In this document: positions 1 to 18,019 of the stretch, piece by piece
Position numbering within the stretch: the stretch's first letter is position 1
Layout of the letters: each line of letters starts with the position of its first letter
Assembly (NCBI RefSeq): GCF_039654945.1
Contig: NW_027361709.1
Span: 6,448,001-6,512,000, forward strand
Origin: Dendrobates tinctorius
Taxonomy: Eukaryota
Length of the DNA stretch: 64,000 nucleotides
Direction of reading: 5' to 3'
Position numbers and translations under genes: made by a program
Notes under the pieces: generated by a model
Told to the model about the DNA's origin: nothing
Database searches by the model: none
Seen by the model: only the letters and a program-made list of their open reading frames with translations

Positions 1-626
1 CACGGTATATGATGCTGACAGCACAAATAAAGGGAAAGTCATCAGTGTCTTGGTTGTGGAACATCCCTTTAAGTTACTCGAGAGCAGGTTTTGTATACTT
101 TGAGGTCGGGTGATTCCAGCGGTCACCGGAAGCGGTCAGGGTGGGATCAGCTGACAGAGGCAGCCGCAGACCTCTCCTCCCGGGCAGCGGAGGCACAGAC
201 TGTATATACTGACAGCGCACATCAGAGTACACAGCACCCGCTGCCATTGTGTATGATTAATATCGGGGTGACGTCACCGGATGCCTCCTCCGTCCTTTCC
301 TTATCTGCCCTCATCTCTGACAACAACTTGTTTTCGTTCCATTTATTCCCCCTGGTCTCATTAACATCACATGAATAGGTCCCTCTTAAAATCCTCTGCA
401 CTGCTGTGGAATACACCCCTTGCTCTACATTCATCCATCCCACTTTTCCTCCGTTAATGCAAGAACAGACCAGTCACTGCATGGTTAATGCATTGCTTAA
501 ATACTTTGTGCTGCGGTGACTCCTTGCATCATGACACCTACCGTGTCACACCATGAGTCAGGGTCGCGTTGCTCTTGGTAATCGCTCTTTTTTTCCCTTC
601 TCTTCACAGATTATTTTCTTTGAAAG

Positions 627-5820
<5,194 letters not shown>

Positions 5821-7390
5821 GGGGGGAGAAGGTGAACCTGGAGTCCTTCACTAACAGATATCACACTTAGGCCTTCGAACATGAGACCCCTCTCCCCTCC
5901 CTGCCCAGAGTGTAAAGGATAAATATTAATCGCCTGCGCCCTCTCCAGATCCCAGGCACCGGTCCAGATGGAAACAGACACCTGTATTATAAGCAGATCA
6001 CCATCATCCTCCTCATCACCCCCACCCTCCCTGTGGACTACACGCCCATGTCTTTGTTAACCCTTGTCTCACCAAGTGGCCTGCAACCATCAGCGTTGCA
6101 GGCCTCTTCGGGGCGCACAGCGGTTAACGCCAGATACCTTTACGGTCTTGTTAGAACATAAGTTAATTTTTGTGTCTTGTGGAGAGACGGGGTTTTGTTC
6201 GTTTTTTTGTTTGTTTTTTTTCATTCTTTTTACAGTTTTGTGTATAATTAACATATATGATATGACAATAAATCTTTTAATTGTTCCGTGTCCCTCCAAA
6301 GGCGCCTGCTGGGACTGCTGCATACCCTCTTCTCTTTACAAGCTCAGCACCCCGGTGTCCACTGCTCGGTTCTTTTGAGTTTTGTATTGTTCCTGTTAAT
6401 TTCTTTATTACTTTTAACTAATCAGAACTTTTTACAGAATCCATTTATGATGTAATGCTTCCTTTAGAGCAGAAACCAGTCAGAATCTTATAGTACATGT
6501 TAATATATGCAACCAAGTAAATGTATAAATTAGTGTAAGAATAATATTTGTTTTGTTTTTTTTTGTTTTTTTTTGTTTTTTTTCTTGATTTAAGTAATGA
6601 AGCACACGTAAAAATATAGGGACGCCTCCTTACAATTTGCGTGCTTTGCCTGCAAACGTTTCAGACGCAGCTTATGGCTTTGTCGGAGCGAGTCTGCCCA
6701 TCCTCCTAGACGTAGGGCAGCTGCATCAATATTCAGCCAATCACTTTCAATTGGGAGCTAGTGACCGCCACCTGAGGAACCGGGTATGCAGATGATAGGC
6801 TGATTGTTAACTCCGCCTCCCAACGGGTACAGTTTGAACAGGCTGCTACTCGTTCATCTCACTAACCCCAGGCTGTCAATGGCTCCATGACTGCAGTTAG
6901 GTCTGTAACCATGATGTGAATATTGGACGTTATTTGTATGGTTAAGTACAGGTATTATTACGCCTTTTTTTTTTTTTTTTTTTTTTTTTTTATTATATAT
7001 AATCTTGCCATGTCTGCAGGGGAACCTTGCTATGCTCAGATTTGGGGAGTAAATTTCCCCAAATATCTTGTAGAGTTTCAGTGCTATTCCCAATCTGGGG
7101 TGTAATATATGTTTCATTCCCTCCACTGGCAGGTAACATGTAGTATTAGAAGCCCCTCCCCCTTTTCCTAGACCCTCCCCCGCGGATCAGACTCTTGTAT
7201 TAAAACCTTCTTGGCCGTTCAGCTTCCCTAATGTCTGGTATTTCAGTTTGTAGCTTGGACCCATATTCCCATAGAGCACTGCTACTTTTTTTTTTTTTTG
7301 TTTGTTTTTTTATTTTTTATTTTTTCTCTTCCATACAGTCTACATTGTACGGTGTAGGCTGGGTTCTTCTGTAAAGATGAAAATGATGCC

Positions 7391-7396
7391 AATAAA
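7391..7396 (+). terminator. Probable distal polyadenylation signal of rab7a
   Basis: AATAAA followed by a GT/T-rich downstream element (tgtgtgtgtaatttgtc). A proximal AATAAA also lies at 6267-6272. Confidence 0.6.
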
Positions 7397-8557
7397 CTTA
7401 ACAAGAAAAGTCTATTGTGTGTGTAATTTGTCTTAAGTTCTCATTTAAATATGCAAATGAGCTATTCCAGAAGAAGGCGGAGTCTCTCGTGCCTCCTGTC
7501 AGGGGTTAATACTGGAAGTCATCCAGTGGAAGAGACAATATGGAGTCCTACAGGCAATGCTCCATGGGAGAAGGCATGCAAATTAGGCCTCCTCCCCTGA
7601 ATGGTGTGCAGTGCCACCTACTGGAGGTGAATGAGAATCACTTGTTTTCTCTTTGCCAAGACAGAGTTGACCCGCTCATAGGAACAGGAAGCCTACAGAA
7701 TAAAAGGGGCGCTGCCCCTCGCCTCCTCAGTTGGTTTCCTGTTCCAACGGGAACCTGCGGAAAAAGAAGAGGAGTACCTCAGCCTGAGCATGCCGCCTGT
7801 GCAGAGTGTCCGTGAGACTGGCAGGGGCTGCAGCGTCAGGGGAGCCCTGCCGGTCAGTCTCCCCCCTTCGTCTGGCGATGGGATCGTGAGGACCTGGATC
7901 CGGTGATGGCCGTCTGGGCTCACGAGGAACGCGGTGCAGGGCAGGCACGGAGGCAGAGTGTGACTCTGCCTATTAAGCCGATTCCCCTTCTTTCTGTGTA
8001 CCTCCCTTTCAGGTTAAGAAAACAAAAACAATCCAAACATAAGTGTGTGCCTGCAGCCCCTGCCTGACCCCTATCCTAAAAGACGGTGCCAGGGTTGTAT
8101 CAGCCAGACATTACAAGGGGAGGCTGCGATTACATCTGCTGATAAATGGATGATAAGGGAAGAGCTCCAGGCCTTAGATCAGTCGGAAAAATGTCCCCCC
8201 TGCCTCCAGCCTGGATTCTGGTAGTGACCAGGTCAGGTCCTCTGGATTCTGATTCATCTTCATCATCATCTGAGGAAGGACGTTCTTGTTTCCCCATTGA
8301 GAGTATAGACACCTTGGTGAAGTCAGTCAGGAATACCATGGGGGGCGCAGACACAAAAGCCCGATCTACGCAGGACATTATGTTTGCGGGTCTCGCACAA
8401 AAGAAGAGGCGGCAAGCCTTCCCGGTTATTGCAGCAGTGAGACAAACGGTCAGCGAGGGTTCCTCCCTTCATCTTCTAAGAGAAACGCGTTGACAACCTG
8501 TTCCAAGGTCACCAAAGTGGCGGTGGCGTCATCTGTCCTGCCGGTGGAGGATGTGGA

Positions 8558-11500
8558 CAGGGCTGCCACTAGGAATTTCGGGGCCCCATACTGGCAAAAT
8601 TTTCGGGGCCCCCTTTAGACTCCGCCCAGGCTCCATCCAGCCCCGCCTCCACCACTCGAACTGTCCACAGTCCCACCGCTCTCTTGGATAAACTCCACTT
8701 CTCACCTATCACACATTAACAGTTCCCATCACCAGGTCACACATATAGCCAGCAGCTTTTGCTTTGGCCAAAAGATTGTTTTAAGTCGCCACCATAACAG
8801 GGTAGACACTTTTGGCCAGGCCCTACTCTACTGTAACCTATTAAATATTTGTTAAAATATGCAATACAATTTAGGTATTTTTATTTTTTCAATTTTTTAA
8901 AATGACCAATAATATCACATACAAGGAACAAATACCGCTACACCATGTCCAGACCACATATTACCACCACATAGTGACCTATAATAAGACGTACAAGGAA
9001 CAAATACCGCCATACCATGACCAGACCACATATTACTACCATAGTGACCGAATAATATCACATACAACGAACAAATACCACCGCACCATGAACAGACCAC
9101 AAATTACCACCACAAAGTGACCAAATAATAGAATATACAAGGGACAAATACCACTGCACCACGCCCAGACCACATATTACCACCACATGGAGACTGAATA
9201 CTACAGTACTGACATTAATTAAAAAAACATAATACTATGACCATAAGAGACATTATACACACAAGATCTGTACTTAGTATGCAGTGTCTGTGTACAGGTA
9301 ATATAGTGATCAATGACATTATACACAGGAGCTCTGTATATAATGTACAGGTAACACAGTGATCACCGGTGACATTATACACAGGACCTCTGTACATAGT
9401 GTCAGTGTACAGGTAACACACTAACTCACCAGTGATGTCTCTAGGTGAAGTCCTTCATCTTTGTTTTTCATCTTTCATCCAGCACAGATCGCCATCACGT
9501 CTTCCAGCCAGGACTTGTCTCTGCAGGAAATATCACAGTTATCTAGAGCTCCGCTTGCAGAACACATTACTTATTTTTTCCCAACTTCTACATTACACCA
9601 CATGAAGAAAAAAAGGCGACATAGTATCACTCTACACAGTAACAGGACCGCCCCCCCATTTACAACAGTATCCTCAAGAAAATAAAATACATCACTGCAG
9701 TAATAATATCCCTTAATTAGCCCCTATGGTAATAATATCCCCCATCCTGACTCCCGTGTGTCTCATTTTTGGCTTCAGCCATATGTTCTCCCATCCCACC
9801 CTCATCAGTATCCATTCTGCCCCATATGATCTCCCCTCCTGACCAATCTGTCTAAATCGTATCCATCCTGCCCCATGACCCTGCTCCATCTATCTCCAAT
9901 CATGCCCGGTGTCTCACATTCTGCCCCCTCCTGTGTCTCACTGTCACATTCTGCCCCCTCCTGTGTCTCACTGTCACATTCTGCCCCCTCCTGTGTCTCA
10001 CTGTCACATTCTGCCCCCTCCTGTGTCTCACTGTCACATTCTGCCCCCTCCTGTGTCTCACTGTCACATTCTGCCCCCTCCTGTGTCTCACTGTCACATT
10101 CTGCCCCAGTCTCTTGCATTCTACCCCCAGCGTCCACCATTCTGCCCGCAGCGTCCAACATTCTGCCCCAGCTCACAGCCTGCCCCCATGTCCAGCATTC
10201 TGCCTCAGTCTCCAGCATTCTGCCCCAGCTTCGAGCATTCTGCCCCATGTCCAGAATTCTGCCCCAGCGTCCAGCATTCTTCTGCCCCATGTCCAGCATT
10301 CTGCCCCGTCTCACAGTCTGCCCTCATATCCAGCATTCTGCCACCAGCGTCCAGCATTCTGCCCCCAGCGTCCAGCATTCTGCCCCATGTCTATTCTGCC
10401 CCCAGTGTCCAGCATTATGCCTCATGTCCAGCATTCTGCCCCAGCGTCCAGCATTCTGCCCCATGTCCATTCTGCCCCCAGCATTCTGCCCCATGTCCAG
10501 CATTCTGCCCCCAGCGTCCAGCATTCTGCTCCCAGCATTCTGCCCCTAGCGTCCAGCATTCTGCCCCCAGCATTCTGCCCCCAGCGTCCAGCATTCTGCC
10601 CCCAGAATTCTGCCCCCAGTGTCCAACATTCTGCCCCCAGCATTCTGCCCCCAGCGTCCAGCATTCTGCCCCCAGCATTCTGCCCCCAGTGTCCAACATT
10701 CTGCCCCCAGCATTCTGCCCCCAGCGTCCAGCATTCTGCCCCCAGCATTCTGCCCCCAGCGTCCAGCATTCTTCCCCAGCGTCCAGCATTCTGCCCCCAG
10801 CGTCCAGCATTCTGCCCCATGTCCATTCTGCCCCCAGCATTCCTGCCCCATGTCCAGCATTCTGCCCCCAGCATTCTGCCCCCAGCGTCCAGCATTCTGC
10901 CCCCCGCATTCTGCCCCCAGCATCCAGCATTCTGCCTCCAGAATTCTGCCCCCAGCGTCCAGCATTCTGCATCCAGCATTCTGCCCCCAGCTTTCTGCCC
11001 CCAGTGTCCAGCATTCTGCCCCCAGCGTCCAGCATTCTGCCCCCAGCGTCCAGCATTCTGCCCCCAGCATTCTGCCCCCAGCGTCCAGCATTCTGCCCCA
11101 GTGTCCAGCATTCTGCCCCCAGCGTCCAGCATTCTGCCCCCAGCATTCTGCCCCCAGTGTCCAGCATTCTGCCCCAGTGTCCAGCATTCTGCCCCCAGCG
11201 TCCAGCATTCTGCCCCAGCATCCAGCATTCTGCCCCCAGCATTCTGCCCCCAGCGTCCAGCATTCTGCCCCCAGCGTCCAGCATTCTGCCCCCAGCGTCC
11301 AGCATTCTGCCCCCAGCGTCCAGCATTCTGCCCCCAGCGTCCAGCATTCTGCCCCCAGCATTCTGCCCCAGTGTCCAGCATTCTGCCCCCAGCATTCTGC
11401 CCCCAGCGTCCAGCATTCTGCCCCAGCATCCAGCATTCTGCCCCCAGCATTCTGCCCCCAGCGTCCAGCATTCTGCCCCCAGCGTCCAGCATTCTGCCCC

Positions 11501-11884
11501 AGTGTCCAGCATTCTGCCCCAGGCCCCCTGGATAGCCGCTCTCAAAAAAAAAAAAAAAAAAAAATTCTTCTTACCTTGTTATCTGGCTGTGCTCCACACT
11601 GACTGAATGAGGAAGTGGAGGAGCAGAGCAGTGTCAGGTGAGGGCGGAGCTGTGGCTGGACCATTGTGCAGGGGGGGATTTCGGCGCTGGCTGGACCATG
11701 GTGCGGGGGGTGCCTGCCCGAGGGGCCCGGCAGGCGCTGAGTCTGAATTTAAAATAAAGCTGCAGAAGCCTGTATAAAATGTAGGGGGGCCCCAGCGCGG
11801 ATCGGGCTGCCAGCATGGTCGGGCCCCCCTAATCACCGGGCCCCATACACATGTAAGGCCTGTCATGCCCTGATGGCGGCCCTG
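8558..11884. mobile_element. Non-autonomous hAT DNA transposon with internal minisatellites
   Basis: Imperfect TIRs CAGGGCTGCCACTAGG / CCTGATGGCGGCCCTG and a perfect 8-bp TSD GATGTGGA (8550-8557 and 11885-11892). Confidence 0.88.
9912..11520. repeat. Minisatellite: 30-bp unit (tcacattctgccccctcctgtgtctcactg) then mixed 15/22-bp units (cagcattctgcccccagcgtc)
   Basis: Tandem repeats are directly visible and explain the overlapping ORFs at 9805-11606. Confidence 0.95.
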
Positions 11885-14800
11885 GATGTGGAGGTTCTGT
11901 CTGACCCACTAGACCGCAAAGCAGAGACACTACTCAAGAGGTCATGGGAGTCTTGTACCGGACCGGCCATATCCAGCACGGCGAGGTCAATGGTAGTTTT
12001 GGTGGACCAGCTGGAGGAGCAAATCACAAGGCAGGAGTGACTAGGGAGTTGTTATCCTCCATTCTGTTGATCAGGGGAGCCACAGCGTATCTAGCGGACA
12101 CATCAGCGGATTCCGTGTCTGGTGGCTAGGTCAGCTGGTCTGGTTAATTCTGCTGGTCTGGTTAATTCTGCTGGTCGTGTTCTGTGGCTGCTGGGAAGGT
12201 GATGTGCAATCAAAACCTAAGTTGTGCGCAGTCCCATGCCAGAGTGAGTTCCTGTTCGGCAAGGTACTTGATGAGATCCTCACCAAGGCCAGAGAGAGAA
12301 AGGGGATCCCTAACAAGTCTGTTCCATCCTACAGAACGTTCAGAAAGCCTTATGAAAACCGGGATCGCTGGGACACAAAGGAGACCAAACAAAATGGTGC
12401 CCTTTTCAGTGGATCCTCTTCCAGAAAGAGTTGCTGTCGTGGACTCCATAAAACACTATTACCGGTAAGTAATCTGGATTTTTCTTCTCCAGTCACATTC
12501 AAAGCTCCAGCTGGAAAACCTCCCAGCATTCATCTGTAGGGTGAAGTCATTCTTGGGAACCACTGGGTGAGCAAAGAAAAAAGTTTGACATTCCCTTGTG
12601 CTGCCAAAGTTTGTAGCCCCCCAATATGAAGCTGAGCCTCTGATGGAAACAGTGGATGTAATGCTGCCTGGAGGAGGAATCCCCTTTCCAGCATCCTGTT
12701 ATTTTGTCATTGGGGTCCCCAACTGTAGACACCCCCTTTAAGTGCCATTGTGTACTCTGCTGGAAGCGGATGCGTCACACGTTACAGTGCCACCTAGTGG
12801 CAGAAGATGGTAGTGCATTATAAAACGCCAACCTTCAAATGTCCGTCACAGATTTCCTCTGTGCCGGCAGAAATTCTGTGACATCTTTTAGGTCAGACTC
12901 GGACGTATGGGACATGCAGAATAGATGTAATCCAAGTAACAATGTGACCGTTCTGCTTTACTGCCGCTGATTATACATTCATGCAGATATAATGTAGTAT
13001 AGTTACTAATAAATAATTTGAAGCCCCCAAAAATCTTCATTTAATATTATCCCACCAAAAGCCTATAGATTTGAGGTTGGAAGGGGCTCCGCAGTGAGCT
13101 GCTCCCTGCAGCGCCACTAGGTGGCGCTCACTGCGCACACTGATAGAGCTTCCATGGATGTATAATTCCCTATACAGTGAGCTCCCCCTAGTGGTGGCTG
13201 CAGTTAGGTACAGGGGAACGCTGACTTTACAATCTCATTGTCCCAATTTTAAATTGTCCACCTCTTTAATGGAACATCTAATATTAATCCGATGGAATAT
13301 CGTCATTCAGCCACAACATCTGACTCTTCTGTGGTTTTCCCTTGGCACGTCTGCCCATACATGTCACATAGAAGAATGCTCGGTCGCCTGCACGATGGGA
13401 AGTAAGCGGCCACCGGGACCTCAGGGTGCAACTCACCACTGAGAAAGCTATCCCTCCTGATCGACATCCATCAGCAGAACTCGTGGTCGAGTGCGACGTA
13501 GCCCCCCACAATGCCGAGGGCATGTGATGCGGTAGACGACCTAGTAATGGCCGCACGGTAATAACATCCACGTCAAATTGTCTTCACCGCTCAACCTATT
13601 GCCCTTAAAGGGGTATCCCAGCCTGGGGTCGGGCCACTGAAAACCAGGATGGGGAATTATCCAGGAACTTGAGTAAGTGTTGGTGCCCACTGTGTGTGTG
13701 GAGCGGGCGGTTGTACAGCTGGCACCTGGCTCTATCTGCCACAATGCTGTCACCCAGGAGCGGGCTGTAATTGTGTCCCCAGTTCTCTGGCAGCAGGACA
13801 CCCCTCCTCCATTTTAACAGATAATGGGTTATAACTTGTTTAGGCTGGAATACCTGCATATAGAAGGAAATTAAAATCCATAAGACCTCTCTGGAAAAAT
13901 AACCTATCACCCTCACATTGAGCATAACAGATTAATTATAGCTGGGGAAGAGAGAAACGAATTATAACTAGGGGATGTGAGAGAGTCGACCCTTCAACCT
14001 CCATTGTAGTAGGGACCTCCTGCAATGATCAGGTAATTACCACAGAGATCAATTCTGGGGAAAAAGACACCCAAGATTGAGATCTGTTTATTCAGATTTG
14101 GAGATGTACAGGGGCTTCCTCTGTTCAAAAGGTTTTTTGTTTTTTTTTAGCCCTTTTGGAACCAGTGGCCAGTCATGAATATTGGAGTTTGCATGAATCT
14201 AATATTTAAAGGAGAAATATTTTTTGGTGAAGAGACACACATAACGCCTTCACTCACATCGCCATAAGACCATATCATGTACTGATGGATGATGCTATCC
14301 ATGCAATGTTTTGTCTATATAAAGGTAAAATAGAGATAAGAAACATGATGATGATATCTATTGCCTGGGACCTCCAGGGGTGAAGGTGACAATCTCATAA
14401 AATTCTAAAGACCTAGCACTTACCACAACCAGCCCCCATATGATCCCACCAAGGGGAGGTATATGTGTGTAACCTTGATCTAATAAGAATAGCGTTTTGT
14501 CATTGTTTATTCTGGACCACAGTTTGCTGTGTGTCCCATTTTCCTAATCGGAGCACTTCTCTTCAAAAAAATAAGAGTCATTCCTGCAGCATCAGGTTTA
14601 GGACTTCTCTTTCGTTGTTCCTGTTTATAATGTGATTGTATATATCACATTGCTTTCTTCCCGTTTCGTAATATCTTTGTATTTTTTTTATAAACACATC
14701 CTATCCTTCCCGATTAACTACAGAATGTAATATCTTTGTTCCTCTTGCTCTGTAAACCGCACCCCTGAAGACCTACATGAGTTGGAGGTGTATATACCAT

Positions 14801-15129
14801 ACGCTCACTGTGAGTTCCCCAATAACCAGCGAATGGAGGCAGTGGAGTCTGTCTCCCTGACAAACTGGTGACAGTGGTGGGATCTAGGGATCCTGACTGT
14901 CATCTGTGACATATTGGTGGCAGCGGTTGGATCTGCGTGACTCTACCAGCTGTCATCCATGACATACCACTTTAAACAAAACCTGTCATTTTACTCTTTC
15001 CAGAAACACCATGCCAGAATAGACCACCTGGGATAATTACCATATAGTGAAAGCATAACCCCGCAGGACTTTTCAGATGCTGTAAAATCAATGGCGCTTG
15101 CTATATTGTAATTGGAACTAAACAGTCAG

Positions 15130-15426
15130 AAGGACGGTGCTGCATGCGAGCGAGTCAGGAGGACGGTACTGCATGTGGGAGAGTCAGTTGGGCGGTGCTG
15201 CATTTGGGAGAGTCAGGTGGGCGGTGCTGCATGCGGGAAAGTCAGGTGGGCGGTGGGTGCTGCATGTGGGAGAGTCAGGTGGGCGGTGTTGCATGTGGGG
15301 AGAGTCAGGTGGGCGGTGTTGCATGTGGGGAGAGTCAGGTGGGCGGTGTTGCATGTGGGAGAGTCAGGTGGGCGGTGCTGCATGTGGGAGAGTCAGGTGG
15401 GCAGTGCTGCATGCGGGAGAGTCAGT
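15130..15426. repeat. ~29-30-bp minisatellite (gggagagtcaggtgggcggtgctgcatgt)
   Basis: About 10 visible tandem copies. Confidence 0.9.
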
Positions 15427-15775
15427 CCAATGTCTATTCCCATCCTTCCAGTGTTGATTGGCATTATGATGTCGCTCTATATCACTCCCAGCCTCCTCCA
15501 TACCGTGGGCATGTGTGCTGCTGCCAGGCATACTGTACCCAGCTCCATCACTACACTCTACTTATAGCTAATGCCCAATCCCACTGTCAGCATGAATAGC
15601 AGCGTCCCAGTGTGAATGAGGCTCTCACACACCTCAATAGTCCCACCGGCTAATCAGAAGCACAAGATGCCAGTGTCTATCTTATTTCGTCTTATTTTGC
15701 TTTAATTATTGTATTGTTAGCGTTGTTACTTATGACTTGTGTTTTGAAACTGTTAAACTGTAAAGCGCTGCGGAA

Positions 15776-15806
<31 letters not shown>

Positions 15807-15869
15807 CCAGCACTTGCGCAGTACAGATATGTGTTACTGGGTTAACAACTCGCTCACTGATTGGAAACA

Positions 15870-16290
15870 ATGGGAGGTTATTAATGGAAAACACTGGGTC
15901 ACAGCTAGCAGTGGGGAACCACAGGGGTCAGTATTGGGCCCTCTTCCTTTTAATATTTATTAATGACCTTGTAGCAGATATGCAGAGGCGAATTTCATTA
16001 TTGGCAGATGATAATAAACTCTGCAGGGTTAATCATCACAGAGGAGGATAATTTAAAGTTACAGAATTGGGTGGGTGGGCGGCAAACTTCACTTTAGGGA
16101 CCAGTGTCAGGCAGATAAAATAATGGGATGCGTTAAAGAGGCAGAGGCGCTTGATGAGAATGTAGTTTTGCCTCCATACAAGTCACTAGTGCGGCCGCAC
16201 AGATTATTACTGTGTACAATCTGTTTCTCCGGTATATAAGAAGGACATGAGTGACCCAGAGCGGGGGCAGAGAAGAGCGACCAAGGTCAT
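15870..16290 (+). mobile_element. Degraded CR1-type LINE reverse-transcriptase fragment
   Basis: agtggggaaccacaggggtcagtattgggccc...atttattaatgacctt...gcagatgataataaactc corresponds to decayed SGVPQGSVLGP...FINDL...ADDTKL motifs. Confidence 0.7.
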
Positions 16291-17067
16291 TAAGGCAATG
16301 GGTACATGTGAAAAATCATAAATGGAAACTGTGCGGTCATCATTATGGCTTTGCAGGCGTCTAGGAGGCTCCACATCAGCACCCTTGTAACTGACAGACT
16401 GCCCCAGTGAGATCCATTATGGGGGATGTGAGTGGGTCGTGTAGCCGAGGTCATGGCCACTAATGGCCCAAGAAACCAGGACATGTGGGGAGTAATAGGA
16501 AAAGGGCTCCAAGTGATCTCATACCCTTCTCGTCATCAGGACAGTGCACACAGGGCCATTGTGCTGTATGTGTGGAGATATTGGGGGCATTTGGCTCCCC
16601 CTGGACCCCTTCTTCTCTTGCTCGGTGGATGAGGATGAGGAGGGTCCTTCTGTGAAATTTAGATGTAGTTTTGGTGACGTGCGCTTCCTCCATTCCTCCA
16701 GCAGAGGGCGCAGACTGTGTTAGTTCCAAGAAATTAAAGCCTTTAATTTAAAAGTCCCAATGTAACGACCCCCCCGAGATGGGGTCCGGCGGCGCCTGCG
16801 GGGGGCTCTCTCTGCACCCCCGGTGTTTATCCTAGTAGAATCACTGGGGAGCCTGAGAAATAGAGGGGTGAAGTGCAGCCCCCCACCCCTGGCTGCAGCG
16901 CTGACATAGGGAGCACCTGTTATTTTCTGTCTGGGGGGGATTTCTGGGGGGATTCTGCAGGGGGGTCGCGGTGGGAGGTGAAGGGAAGCGTCCGGACTGC
17001 AGGAATGGGGGGTCCTCGGCGCTGGGGGGGCGAAGGGTGAGGGGGGACAGGGCGGCGAAGGCGGCAG

Positions 17068-17140
17068 AAGAAACACAAGTTCCTGCAGAGAGAGGAGGAG
17101 GCGGCTGTCCTCAACGCGGTCCGCTCCGCCAGTACAAGAG
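17068..17140 (+). promoter_or_regulatory. Promoter of H1-10 copy A: H1 box plus H4-site-II-like box
   Basis: AAGAAACACA (H1/AC box) at 17068-17077 and TCAACGCGGTCC (TCAN4GGTCC) at 17111-17122. TACAAG occupies the TATA position. Confidence 0.7.
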
Positions 17141-17159
17141 GAGGAGGAGGAGGAGAGGA

Positions 17160-17370
17160 GCTGAGCAGAGGAGGCAGCAGAGTACCGAGCAGAGGAGAGG
17201 AGGCAGCAGAGTACTGAGCAGAGGAGAGGAGGCAGCAGAGTACTGAGCAGAGGAGAGGAGGCAGCAGAGTACTGAGCAGAGGAGAGGAGGCAGCAGAGTA
17301 CTGAGCAGAGGAGAGGAGGCAGCAGAGTACTGAGCAGAGGAGAGGAGGCAGCAGAGTACTGAGCAGAGCG
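17160..17370. repeat. 29-bp tandem repeat in the presumptive 5'UTR of H1-10 copy A
   Basis: gagcagaggagaggaggcagcagagtact, about 7 copies, immediately upstream of the ATG at 17392. Confidence 0.9.
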
Positions 17371-17391
17371 ATCCACAGAGCGGAGCAGGAG

Positions 17392-17961
17392 ATGTCTCTG
17401 GAGCTGGAGGAGAATGTGCCCAGCACTGAGGAGGAGGAGGATGGGGAGGAGGAGGAGAGCCCCGCAGGGAAGAGGAGCTCCAGGAGGAAGCAGCCGGCCG
17501 CAGCCTCCTCGGGGGCCTCCAAGAGGAAGAAGAAGAAGAACCAGCCGGGCCGCTACAGCCAGCTGGTGGTGGACACCATCCGCAGCCTGGGCGAGCGCAG
17601 CGGCTCCTCCCTGGCCAAGATCTACGGCGAGGCCAAGAAGGTGTCCTGGTTCGACCAGCAGAACGGCCGCACCTACCTGAAGTACTCGGTGAAGGCGCTG
17701 GTGCAGAACGACACCCTGCTGCAGGTGAAGGGCCAGGGGGCCAACGGCTCCTTCCGCCTCAACAAGAAGAAGCTGGAGGGCGGCGGCGGGAGCCCCCCGG
17801 AGAGGAGGAAGGCGGCACCGGCCAGGAGGACTACAAGTGCCAGCAGCGCCGCCAAGAAAAGCCACAAGAAAGCCAAGAAGGAGAAGCCCAAGAAGAGCAG
17901 CAAGAAAAAGGCGGCGGGGAGCAAGAAGGCGAGGAAGAAGCCCAAAGCCAGGAAGGCGTGA
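17392..17961 (+). CDS. h1-10: Linker histone H1.10 (H1x), canonical-type copy A, 189 aa, intronless
   Basis: MSLELEE start (human H1x MSVELEE) and the diagnostic H1x globular domain [29 protein letters not shown]...[38 protein letters not shown]. Lys-rich tail; syntenic with HMCES/COPG1. Confidence 0.95.
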   Translation: MSLELEENVPSTEEEEDGEEEESPAGKRSSRRKQPAAASSGASKRKKKKNQPGRYSQLVVDTIRSLGERSGSSLAKIYGEAKKVSWFDQQNGRTYLKYSVKALVQNDTLLQVKGQGANGSFRLNKKKLEGGGGSPPERRKAAPARRTTSASSAAKKSHKKAKKEKPKKSSKKKAAGSKKARKKPKARKA

Positions 17962-18019
17962 GAGGCCGAGCACCGAGCAGAGACCGAGGGGACCGTGGGG
18001 CCGCAGGAGAAGGACCGCG

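Larger units (their letters stand above)
7645..12485 (+). mobile_element. Degenerate DIRS-like (tyrosine-recombinase retrotransposon) relic, split by a hAT insertion
   Basis: Broken reading frames resemble the LAP2alpha-like gag of vertebrate DIRS elements (FPIESIDTLVKSVRNTM; DPLDRKAETLLKRSWE; LCAVPCQSEFLFGKVLDEIL). The relic ends in ttaccggtaagtaatctggattttt. Family assigned from memory of such elements; boundaries approximate. Confidence 0.55.

Noticed and set aside
9805-11606. Overlapping 300-565-aa Pro/Ser-rich ORFs
   Set aside because: Minisatellite inside a hAT element.
13950-14950. Possible LTR with PBS-like tggtggcagcggttggatc
   Set aside because: No second LTR, TSD or coding remnant identifiable by eye.
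16720-17973. 417-aa antisense ORF over H1-10
   Set aside because: Shadow of a GC-rich histone CDS plus the 29-bp repeat.
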